Source: Paragordius varius
Lineage: Eukaryota > Animalia > Nematomorpha
Length of the DNA: 64,000 nt
Reading direction: 5' to 3'
Assembly: GCA_964247055.1 (NCBI GenBank)
Contig: OZ176050.1
Coordinates: 2,232,001-2,296,000, forward strand
Part shown: in pieces, positions 25,502 to 37,765 of the stretch
How positions within the stretch are numbered: the first letter of the stretch is position 1
How the letters are laid out: every line of letters starts with the position of its first letter
Translations under genes and position numbers: made by a program
Notes under the pieces: model-generated
Told to the model about the DNA's origin: nothing
Database searches by the model: none
Seen by the model: only the letters and a program-made list of their open reading frames with translations

Positions 25502-25755
25502 ATACACCATTTATAGCTCAAATTCACACTGGAACAATTCAAATTTATATTAAAATAAATTACGTGTTTTTAAGATTTAAAATTACCAATATTTTTTTAT
25601 ATTTTTTAAAAATGAAATTTTGTTTTAAATTAATAGTACTGAAAAAATAATGCCTTAAAGATATATTTCATATTAATGATATATATTAGCCCAAAAACAC
25701 AAAATATTTTTAGGGTTAATATGAATGTTAAGAGGGATTACATTTGTAAATGGTA
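25502..25755. mobile_element. Degenerate inverted copy of the 22884-23194 MITE
   Basis: The internal sequence matches the reverse complement of 22884-23194 (TTACCAATATTTT...TTTTGTTTTAAATT...TACTGAAAAAATAAT) and ends TGTAAATGGTA. Confidence 0.75.
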
Positions 25756-26301
25756 TGTCTCGTAGATATTTGAATATTAATTATTTTACTTGGTATAAAA
25801 TATAAAATGAGATTTTTGATTTTTTATAACTTTTTTCTAGCACATTACCCTATTTAAAGGTTTGGAATTAATTATATTTGTTAATAAAATTATTAAATAA
25901 CATATTCATACACTTATAACAATCCTTTATTATATATCAATCATTAGGATATGTATAAAATATTTTAGAATAATTGACTACTAACAGGCAACCTTCGTAC
26001 ACAAATAGATATTTTCACAATTAAATGTGCACCAACTTAATAAACTTCTAGTTTTATTTATGATACCCAACGTACACCGTTTTAAATATAATACTTAACA
26101 ACTTTTGAACATATTACTAAAATAATTATGAAAGTTAACGTATAATGAAGAGTAATTATTTATTAAATATTTGACAATACATTTATAAATATAAAAAATG
26201 TAGAAAATACTTATGCTAAATATTATTACAATGTTTTTGTTGAATGAATGATTAAATATAAAATTTTACTATATTGGACATATATTAGATACGGAAATCA
26301 T

Positions 26302-29300
26302 TTATGAGGTTTCATCTAAAAATAAAATTATAATATAAATAATAATTTAAAAAATACAAAGACACTTACTTTGCTGAATCAGAGATTTTGGTGTCTTAAT
26401 AAGATGTGGGGGAGTTGTTTTAAGATTAAAAAATTGTTGTATTTCAGGACGCGTGACTTTTTTCTAAAAATTAATTATTAAAAGCTCATACTCTAGGAGG
26501 TGAAAAGGCATAATTTTTAGGCAAGTAGAATTGATTGTTTGCCTAAATCAATAAAATAATTAAATGATTTTTCAAAAAAAAACTAAAAATTTTATAATAA
26601 AGCAAAATTCCAGAAAAATTTAGTAGTAAAGACCGAAATTCCTTGTTCAGGTTTACGGAACATTCGACTTGGCAACATGGGTTTCGTTGGAAAATCTTTA
26701 AGAATAAAATTGGTACTGCGCGTCCAGATAAGTCCCAAAGCAATATCACACACAACGTATAATTTCTAGGATAATATATTTATAAACGATTGCATTCCTA
26801 CCTTATATTATCTATTACACACTCATGTATCCATTGTTTTATCGAAAAATTATTTTTTTGTTAAATGGGTAAAAATATTTGGTAAAGAATGGAAAAAACA
26901 AGAGCTCTATGGTAATTCTTATACTTTACTGATGAATATGATATTGTTAATACTAGAGAACTCTTGTTTTTCTATTCTTTAACGAATATTTATACCCATT
27001 TAACGAAAGAAAAATAAATTTTTGATAAAATAAAGGATACATGACTGTAATTCAAAACTTCAAATAAATATAGAATCAAATACTATTTATATTACAAAAC
27101 TCATACAAATAAGTGTTTCCAAGTCGTAATTCTCGGAAGATATTATGCGATTAAAATTTAGGGAATAAATATTACATGCTTTTTAAAATAAATGGCAAAC
27201 CTCATTATTTTCAGGATTGAGTGCGTCATCAGTCTGTTTAATATTTTCTATTAATCGTTTAAAAAAGGTGAACGTATAATTTTCATTCTTGGACACTAAT
27301 GGCTCCAACACAAACCATATGCATCTAAAATAAGGTTTATCATGTAATGTTACTCTTTAATTTTTTCCAAAAGCTTGATAGATTTGATATCGGTAAAGGA
27401 GGGCCAATACGAAAGTAAATGGATGACATATGGAATTACATAATCCGGCATAATATTGTGAATTTTAGCTAGAGATAGTATTTTGCATTAATATCACCTA
27501 AAATTTTGACTAACAAACCCCATTTTTTGGAAAAAAACTACTTACCTTGATTTTGAGTATTGGAACCAGATTTAAATGAAAGTTCCTTGAAAACGTCTCT
27601 CCTCTTATTAATGTTGGATATGAGATATTGTTTGACTTGAAGTCGATAATCACGATCGGATTCCAAGGGCGTCAACGCAAAAATGGCCAAATAATCCAGG
27701 GGAAGTTTAAAAGCTAACAAGGCCTTATGTAATTTATAAATAAAGCGTTGTTTGAACGCTAAATCCGAAATGGTCTAAATAATGAAATGAGAGTTATTTA
27801 GTTTAAAAATGCTACACATCTATATTTTAAGTCTCGAATGAAATATAAGATACAGTAACAAAAAAGAATAATTTAACTTCATACCGTTGGCAAATAAGCT
27901 ATAACATGATAATGGTCAAGCGTCAATTTTTCCCAAAAATATGGGATTTGAATGAGCTTGATTAGAAGACAGGTTGTTTTTAATTTAATTAAATTGAATC
28001 TATAGGTTAATAAATGATGTTTTGTACTCTTCTTCGGTAATATAATTGTTGTATTTGAACTTTTTATACGTGGCGGACAAGATTTGATCAAAACAAATGG
28101 AATAAAATTCATTTAAACTCTCAACTAAATCCGTTTTAGCAAGGTCTATTGAAGGTGATTGCGAATTATTTTCAGTGTTAGTTCGAGGTTGATTGATCTT
28201 ACAATAATATTGGCCAATCAATTTATGAGTATACAATTTAAGGAAAGTGATCAATATGTGACAACAAGCATTTTGTGCTGCACCCAAATTATCATTAATC
28301 AATGAATCAAGAGATATGCCCTAAGATAATTAAAATGATAAAAGTTAATAGTTATACCAAAAATGTATTGACTTTTAAACAAATATTATTAAAATTTTTA
28401 GTTATTTTAGTTAAATTATAATTGATCGATTGATGTTGAAAATTATTTAGCGAATAAAATGATAAGAGAAAAACGTACTTTCAAAAGTAATAACATCTTA
28501 CCCTTTTAATTTTTTTGTCTTTAGCAGTGAATAAGGAAGTATTATCTTTACCAAAAAAGGACATCGATAATCGCGGAACTATGACCGTTTCAATTTGGGT
28601 GTAAAAATCATTCAAGAGAGTACTGAGATCCATATTTTGAGGAGTGCAGGTAACTGATGATAAAAACGATATTTTACATGCAAAAAAATCATTCACAAAT
28701 CCTTCCCTCCTTATAATTAGCTTTAAAATAAACAACGCCTATAAACTAATGAACCGTAGACAGGATCAACTTTCTGAGTATTAAAAAGGTCCTAATTGTA
28801 AATAAGGTGTGTAAAAATGAATGAAACTTCCCGCAATGCTTAATAGTTGTTTTTAAAATTATAAATGATTTAGGACATTAATTTAAAAAAGTAATTTTAT
28901 TTTTTTCGAAAAATTGCTATGGGGATATTGCGCCAAGCATTTTTTTAAATTATTTATGGGGTAGGCTATATTCCACAAAACGTCCAACCAACATAAATGC
29001 GATATTTGAAAAGCGAAATATAGTAATTTTAAAAAATATTTCATTATGATAATTTTTCTCGCCTTAAGAAACCAAATATCACATAATAAAATTATATTCT
29101 CTCAACTTTTACATAAACTAACTAACCTTGATCGTTTGGTGAGATGAAATTGCTTGATGAGGTTGAATTGCAGGAATAATCGAGAGATTTGTTGGTAGAT
29201 CGAGAAACAGCATTCAACTTACAAGCCTCATAATGACTCCGACAAAACACGATACAGCTCACTTGAGCTCCATTTAGTTTGGAGATGGAAATACTTGAAA

Positions 29301-32300
29301 GCAAACCTTTTACTTTACCCTCTATGGGTGCATTTGTAAGGGGTTGAAGCGTTTCTAAGAGATACTAAGGACAAAAAATATGTTAGAGTTCAAAATGTCA
29401 TTATATATTATACTAATTTTAATTTAAGTACGGGTTTCCTTATAAAACAGTTATATTTTTTGTCCTTAATATTTTTTAAAATATACTTTATGAAGATTCT
29501 TTAGAATGTTTTTGAAATGCGATGAACTGGCTTTTTTCGTATCCTTGGCATCAAAATGTGGGTTAAATAGAATAGCCAATATATTTTGACAAATGTATTT
29601 CGTTTGTTTTGGATTCGTACTGTTCTTGTGCATTTTCAGGAGTAATGGAAGAAATTTGCTAATGTCACAAATAAAATTAAAATTTATCTCAATTGTAATC
29701 CGGCAAAAGCTTGGATTAAAAAAATAAATAAAATAAAAAAGTACAGCATACAAGCCCTTAAACGACTAGATCGGGGGTGTCCAACATGCAGCCTGCCAAA
29801 ATACTTTTTCAGCCGAAATTCAAATATAAAATTTTAGGTAATAAAAGATTTCTTAAACAATTTTCCAATTATGTTTTTTCGAATTTCGGCAATGAACCAG
29901 CAAAAAAATGTAAAACAAATAGTAGTTTTTACAATCTTATGTTAATTTAAATAAAATATTTAGTAATGCCCATGTATTTTGCGAATAAGGCCCTTGAGGC
30001 CATTTGTGATGGACATCCCTGAACTAGATATTAGATTACATTATAAAATTTAAAAAATACCACCTCGTAACAAGTTTGGCAAATGAATTATCATGGTCCA
30101 CTTCTTCGCTATTTCCGGGAGCTATAAAAATGTATTTACCACAAAGAACAAATACCTTCCCCATTAATAAGTAGGTGCAAAGTATGAGGTTTATATTGTT
30201 TCATCATGATTGCTAAAATGTGTAATATTGAACATTGTGCTTCTAACAACAGTTCATCAGCGTCTCCAATAGTAAAAGATTCTTGGAGAAATTGTAGGAA
30301 AGTGTGCAAAACATTTTCGCAAGTGAAGTAATCGATATATATTCGAGACAAAATCTATTATATAGTAGGAATAGGTAAGGAAAATCAATTTTTTATGAAA
30401 TTGTCAAATTTATATATCAACCTGTAATAAATTAAAGCCACGTTTGATAATAATATGGGTTGAAAGCATCTTTTCATTCATGTCTTCATTTGACTTTAAA
30501 TTCTTTTTTTGCAGTTTCTGAAAAATATAGAAAAAAATAATGAAACCAATCTACAATATTAAACAGATGAAACGAAAAGACAAATATTCTTTTAAAATGC
30601 AACAATACCCTATAAACTTTGATTTTATGATAACATCGTTTTGAGTTGCAAAACCAGAAACAGAGCTGATTGGCAACATACTTAATTATATAATTAAAAT
30701 TTTAATTATGTTGTTTTTATGAAAAGTTTTAGAAAACATGGTTGTCTTTTAAAATTGTACTGTCATATATGCATTTTATCCGTATAATTAAAATTTATAC
30801 TGTAAAATATGATCGCTTAAGCCATTGCTAATAAAAAGCATGCTAAGCGAGTTACTCATAAACATTAGAATTTACATTTAATTCTGCGCGGATTTCAGTT
30901 TGAGAAAATGTTTCCTTTTCCACAAAGGGAATAATAGGACAATTTTCATCATAAACGCTGCATTCATCGTTATCTTGTCCGCTTTTATTGGGTGAATTTG
31001 TTATTAATGGACTATTGCTTGACTTTGCCTTTAAAAGCGTAAAGGGTACGATTAGTTTGCAAAGGTATGCAATAGATTCCATATCAAACAAAAGTGGTGT
31101 CACCTAGTTTTAGTAGAAAATATTTCATTTCATATTGCTATCAGAAAAAGGTGTATAAAACTATTTTTTTTACCCTTTCCAAATATTGTTTTATGGTTGT
31201 ATACAAAATATTTGTGGCTTGCGGATTTCCTGTATGCTTCAGTATATTTTTCTACATTACAATAAAAAAATAATATAATTAAAACGAAACATATATAATT
31301 TAACTTGAAATAAAAAAAATTGATTTTATGACTTACGCATAAAGAGCAGGATTCTTTGCAATTAAGGTTGGAATCTTGAATTAAATGGAAAAACTCCTTA
31401 AATAATTTTGGATCAGCTGTAAGCAAGGCATCAAACTTTTTCAGGTTATCAAATGTTTTGAGCGAATCCGGCATCATTTCTTATAGAAATAATTAAAGGC
31501 AAGAAATACTTGATAGCTGAAAAAGTTTCTGTAAAGATTTTTGATACAACTCATTTTCCTTTTTGGTGTCCGCATTAGTGTTGTCAGGATGATTAGAATC
31601 CCTACTTTCATCTGAATGCCATTGTTTTTTAACTCTAATCTCGTTTGTAAATTGGTCTAAAATTTTAAGGTTTAAAACAAAGTTTTACCTATAGTCGGTT
31701 GTGAACTACTTTGTGTTGATTTGCTATACTCTTCACTGTACAAAAGTTGATGTTTATTTTGAATGTATTGTTTAGTTATGAATCTCATATACAATTGACG
31801 CTTGAAAAGTTCCGTCATAGCTTTAACACTGTTCTCATCAATGTTGATGAAAAAATGTAAAAGCCTTAACATACGTTTTTGAGTAGGTAAGGCATTTGGA
31901 ACAAAACATGCATGGAGAGTCTTTTCAACCAAAATTCTATTAAATGACATGAAAATATATAAAAATTAATAAACAAACTTATTAAACCTATTTATAATAT
32001 ATATATATCCTATATAACTGCAGTCAAATAAAAATTTGTGCGTTTTACCCATTACCATAATTAATATTGCAACCACAAACAATTGGTTATTTAAAAAATC
32101 TAGTTTTAATATTAATTTTTTACTTTATAATTTTAATTTACAAAACCTTATTTAACAAATAAACTAATATTATTATACTGATCTTCCAACGAATTTTGGT
32201 AATAAGTGTGCATAATTCTATCCCGAATCCAATAGAGTTGAGAACGTTCTTCAGGATTGGAAAGACATTGCTGACTAACTTTATTAACGGTTCCAAGTGC

Positions 32301-35300
32301 ATACAAATGTTTATATATCGCTCCCAGGCCTAAAACGGCTTCTCTTCGTATTCTATACTATAAAATAATTATGTTTTTCTCAAACACATTCTACCAACCA
32401 ATGTATAAAGTTGTAATTTAATACCATGTATAATAACTGTAATAATTTATCGTCATCAATCAAAAAGTCTTTATATCATATCAATTACTAAAAATTTTCG
32501 AGTATTTAAAATAAATTAATATTTGATTTAACTACAAGTCCAAATATAGTAAAAGAATAAAATTTACTGTCGTACTATATTAACCGTATTCAATGTTCAT
32601 TCCATATAAAACTATTGTTACCTTTTGACCAAAACAAAATCGATACTTTTTTATCCAGAGTTCGACTTTTGAGACATTCGAGTAAGCGTTCAGCATCGTT
32701 CAAAGTTTGAGAGGTGGATAATTTGGCAGATGTAGTAGAATGCCTTTTTCGTTTATGGCTTTTACTAGCTGGTTTGCTTTCATCTTGATCTGATTGCTGC
32801 TCGTCAGATTCTATGGAGGACGAACCATTGGGACTGTTTGTGAGAGCTTGTGGAGATTCGCTATATAATTTGGAAAAAACATACATGAGATGATGGATTT
32901 TATTAGTTAAGAAAAGAGGGACCAATTGTCTAACTAGCCTCAAGAAACCTTTGAACTGCCTGACGGTTGACAGTAATAATAGAAAAAATATACAATGCAA
33001 CAATTCACATATCACACTTAAGGTCAATGTGTGGCAGATATTTCAATGAATACTTTCAGTGAATAAACCGCGAATGACTAAATGTCTTATGACTTAAAAT
33101 TTGCAAGGGAATATTATGAGTCACTATTTTTAGAAACTTATGACTCAAAAAATAGTTTTGGGACGACTTAAATTGGCTTATCTTACATCAGCAAATTTAA
33201 AATTGACAAAGGCTCATTCACGTGGCCCTAAAACGTATCCACTCCCAAACTTTATCACCAAGAAGTCTATATGTGCAGCAAAAATTACGATTATACACAA
33301 CATAAAAAATATATTTTTGAAAAACCATGTTCAAAATAATGATTCATTTACTCATTGTTTTGAGTTGCAAAATAAGAATTATGGATGTAAATTATACTAA
33401 TACATTCACTATAATAATTTTAATATAGGATCAGGTAGATTTATCTCGAAAAAATTAATTTTATATCTATGATTGTAAAATATTGCCTTTTAGATACATT
33501 TTATCTAATATATACTAAGCATTACCATGATGTCGTAGTGTTGTTAATGTTAAGTGATGATGTGGATGATGGTGTTCCCCCCATCCGAAAAAGGTAGGAA
33601 GATTGAAGGGCAAACGTCTTTTTTGCGGCACTTTTGGCCTGTTGTTCTGGTGTCAGAACGGCCGGATCATGCGTTAGAGTAGCCAATCTCACAATAGCTA
33701 ACACAAATTCATAACGGACATTTTCATCGGGGTCATAGGCCCGGGGGACTAAAACTTCAATCAGGTCATGTCGCGCACTCTCTAAACTGTTAAAGAGTTG
33801 ACTAGTGGATGGTTCTTGTTGCGTGGTAGCGCCTGCAGCCACGCAATTATCGTAGAGTTGAGTCAGGAGATGAGATGCGAATCGAACACAAGTTAGGCGA
33901 ATCCCGGGATCCACGTCGTTAAATCTAAACTCATTTAATAAATTTATGTAAAAAATGGCATCAATCATAAAAATAATATCTTGCCTATAAAAAGTTTGGT
34001 TAAATGAACATATGGTGACATAATACACTTTTAGGATTTAAACTCATTTCTAGGTTATAGCGCAGAAAGTAAACACACGTTCCCACAAACCTTCTTTTGT
34101 AGGTATTATGGAAATAATGAGCCAAAATAAAAAATAATTTAATTTAATCATTTAAAATTTCTCAAGAATGCGATTTTTATTATATCAGGACCTCATTCGC
34201 TATCATTCCATTCGGGAACAATAAGCCCGGTCGCCCACGTTTAACCTGGGCTAAAAAGATTGATCTGAATTTCCAACAACTCAAACTGATAAAAACTTGT
34301 ATTAATAAAGAATTATTTCAGAAAAAGCTGGATAGCTAATGATAGTGCACCATCAAAGCTTACTGTTAAACAACAACATATAAAATATTAACTTTAATAA
34401 TGTTAAACCTGCATGTTAATCATTTTGAATACAAATAAATAATTTGCTTTGAAAGATAATTAACAAAAATATTATATTCTACAAAAAGGCACATTGTGTA
34501 AACCTTCCAAGAAAGCAGCGCCATAAATGGACATTGTCAGTAATGAGAGAAGAGGAAGGGTCACTCAACATGCGTCCCAAAGCTTTACAAATTTGGGCTC
34601 TTTCTTCAACTTTATTGCTCTGTTAAATATGAAAAAAATAACGAATCTAAATAATATATGGAATATCGACTATAATACGATATTTTTAAATCTTGAATAT
34701 TGTTTATAACCTAATTTTGCATTCTAATACAAATGTTTAATTAAAAAATTGGTCGAGAACATGTTATTTAAATTTTAGTCTCATATAATATTTTGACTAA
34801 AACTGTAATATAATATATATATATATTATATTACTCGAAGTTTGAATTCCAATAAATTTATAACGTTGGCCAACAACTGAGGTGCAATAATATATAATTC
34901 GTGGATAAAATCATAAACTTTTCCCTCACGGTATTTGGGAGTTGTGGCATGACTAGAATCGCTCGGTTTTTTAATTTTTTCATCAGTAGTATCCTCATCT
35001 ATTACAGTAAAAATCTAATAGATAATACACATTTGCAAAAGAAAACCATATTTTTATCCCATGATTTTTGCAACCGAAATGATTATAAATGTGCAACATG
35101 AATTATAAGGTAGTATTTAGATTTACATCTCTGTTTCTTTTTTTAAACCGGAAACGATTGGTTAAATAATGTCAAAATTAAATTTTGTACTGTATATGTG
35201 GTTTTTTTATTATGATAATAATTCATTATTATGTGTCAGACATTTCTTATGTGAAAAAAATATAATTTTTGCGTTATATAAAAATTAATAATTTTTAAAT

Positions 35301-36293
35301 CAACAAGATAGTTTATTATTGCTACGCATGATTAAAATAGAGTAATAAACGGTATTTAAGGCTTATTCAAATTTTCATTTGCAAAAAACAATGAATGCAA
35401 TACCTTCGGCATCAGATTGATGTTCATATTCATTTTTCGTCGTTAGACTTTTATCTTTGTCAGGAAAAAGTATACTAGTAATGTAGGCCTGAATAAACGG
35501 TTCCAAAACATGTTCCGTTCTTTTAATTAAATCGCGGGCTAAAGCATATGCCTCACGCTTTTGTGACTAAAATACATATAAAAGGCTTATTCACTTTGTG
35601 TGGTTCACAAAGATTTATAAGGATTGCTTCCAACAATTTATGGTTGGGTGCATCGATATCAATCAAAACAGCGGTCATAACGTCCAACATATAATTTTTC
35701 ACTTTGGCGGAATGTGCACTGCTACAAAATTAAATCAATCCTAACTTTATTATGTTGAAAAAAAGTTTGAATAAATTTTGTAAAATTTCTTGTCCGCCTT
35801 CAATATCAAAACAAATATTAAATGCCTTCAACCAAGCCAAACATTCCAATAAATAAAAATGCCGTTGAAAGTAAATATTGCTTGGGGCTTTGATCCCCTT
35901 TAATTCTTCTAAAATAAATTCAAATATCGTCTAAAATAAATTTAATAGATAAGGTGCCTTTAAAATTTCAGGATCTTTGTATGGCGGTTCAGGAGCGAAA
36001 ACACGAAATACGTCAACAATTATACATGCCACTAGTAACCTAACTTCTTTACTACCATGGCTTATAAAATCTTCGGATACAATCAAAAGTGCAAAATTTT
36101 CATAAGAACTAACATTATCAGTTTGTCCCAAACTCTGAAAGACTGAGGCGCAAATCTTAAACATATAAAATATATTAACTTTTAAGCGCCTGACAAGTTC
36201 CTCAGTAGAAAGTTGATCAGACAGATCTTTTACACCAGGAGGATATACAATATCATAAGCTGGATCTTTAATAGTATCATAGGCAATCGGCAT
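26302..36293 (-). CDS. PDS5: Sister chromatid cohesion protein PDS5 (HEAT-repeat cohesin regulator), multi-exon
   Basis: Exons align by eye with PDS5A/B: YPPGVKDLS..EELVRRLK, DVFRVFAPEPPY, HFYLLECLAWLK, WRCFLGRFND, RAYDPDENVR, SRTLDKK, WIRDRIMHTYYQNSLED, KLPLDYLAIFAL, MPDYVIPYVIHLL, ECIWFVLEPL, KLYVVCDIA. Tiny introns restore the frame. The terminal micro-exon (NETS*, 26315-26302) and a few internal junctions are tentative. Confidence 0.92.
26820..27046. mobile_element. Hairpin MITE (about 225 bp, about 85-bp imperfect inverted arms) in a PDS5 intron
   Basis: TCATGTATCC...TTAAATGGGTAAAAATATT...AAAAAACAAGAG is mirrored by CTCTTGTTTT...AATATTTATACCCATTTAA...GGATACATGACTGTAA. Possible TA|CAGT Tc1-like end. 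Confidence 0.7.
29772..30021. mobile_element. hAT (Charlie/Buster-like) MITE with 8-bp target duplication, in a PDS5 intron
   Basis: TIRs C(G)GGGGTGTCC / GGACATCCCTG. Flanks GACTAGAT (29764-29771) and AACTAGAT (30022-30029) match at 7 of 8 positions with a central TA. Confidence 0.8.
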
Positions 36294-37189
36294 GATTATC
36301 GAATTTTACACATGTGATTTTAGCGCGGTAAAAATATCTGGTGAATGTCTAAAAATATTTGGTACTATGTTTAGAAATTTGTTATAAAATTATTATACCA
36401 CTGATTAGACATAGTCATATTTATAATATACGCGCGAAATATCCGTAGTAATTCACAATATTTATATATTTTAAATATAAATGTATCAGGATTCCCAGGG
36501 GGTTTTTGATTTTGGGGCGTAGGAGCGATATATGAAACATTATGTTAAATATACATTTTTGATAAAAGCTACAAAACTAAATATATACAGCTACTGAAGT
36601 GTTAATTATTAAAAAGTTGGGTGGAATGCATAAATTTTCCATATGAGACTGCTTTGTTCTCCTATTTTACCATTCGAGGTAATTTGATATACCAGAGCCT
36701 AATTGCAATTAAACTACAGTTGTAAAAGTTATTAAGTTTATCAAACATTCTCATATACTAGATAACAAAAGGTTATATTTTTTACAGTTTAGTGACTTCT
36801 AGAGAATAAATTTGGGACAGCTCCAGATCCCGATTAAAACAAACAGATAGTATTAATACAAAAACATATCAAGTTTTTGCCTGTATGTAACCTGTAATAA
36901 AAGTTGATTATTTATATTTTTTAACTAAAATACCCATTTATTTGCTTGTTGATAAGCGAATTAAAAAAAATGAAAACACAATATTGCGACAAAAAAGCTC
37001 AAGATGAGGGTTTCTATACAATTTTTCATTTTTTATAAAAAAATTTATATTATGGGCATGAAAGGCTAAAGAATATTATAAAATTCGGCTAAATACCTTA
37101 ACATTTAAAATTTTTTAATAATTACTTTGAGATGTAAAACACCCCAAATAGTTTTTTAAGTGTCAAATGATATTAATGATTTTTACACA

Positions 37190-37765
37190 ATCATTTGCAA
37201 CTTTCAAACAATCAAATTATTTTAACCAATCTTTTATGGATATTTTATATAATTATCCACAACTTTTCAACAATCAAATTATATTAACCAATCTCTCATG
37301 GGTATTTACAATCATCCACAACTTTTAAACAATCAAATTATATTGAGCAATCTTTCATGGTTATTATATACAATCATCCACTAATTTTAACAATCAAATT
37401 ATATTATGCAATCCATGGGTAGTTTATACAATCATCCACTAATTTTAAACAATCAAATTATAAGCAATGTTTCATCGGTATATACTATCCACTAATTTTC
37501 CAAAATCATATTATATTAAGCAATCTTTTATGAATAATTTATTCAACAATCAAATTATATTAAGCAAACTTTCATGGGAATTATATACAATCATCGACTA
37601 TTATTTAACAATCAAATTATATTAGGCAGTCTTTCATGGGCTTTTATATAATCCACTAATTTTAAACAATTAAATTATATTAAGCAATCTTTTATGGGTA
37701 TTTTATACAATCATTCATTAATTTTAATCAATCAAATTATATTAAGCAATCTTTCATGGGTATTA
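37190..37765. repeat. Minisatellite, about 61-bp unit, about 10 degenerate copies
   Basis: CAATCAAATTATATTAAGCAATCTTTCATGGGTATTTTATACAATCATCCACTAATTTTAAA recurs roughly every 60 bp. Confidence 0.9.
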
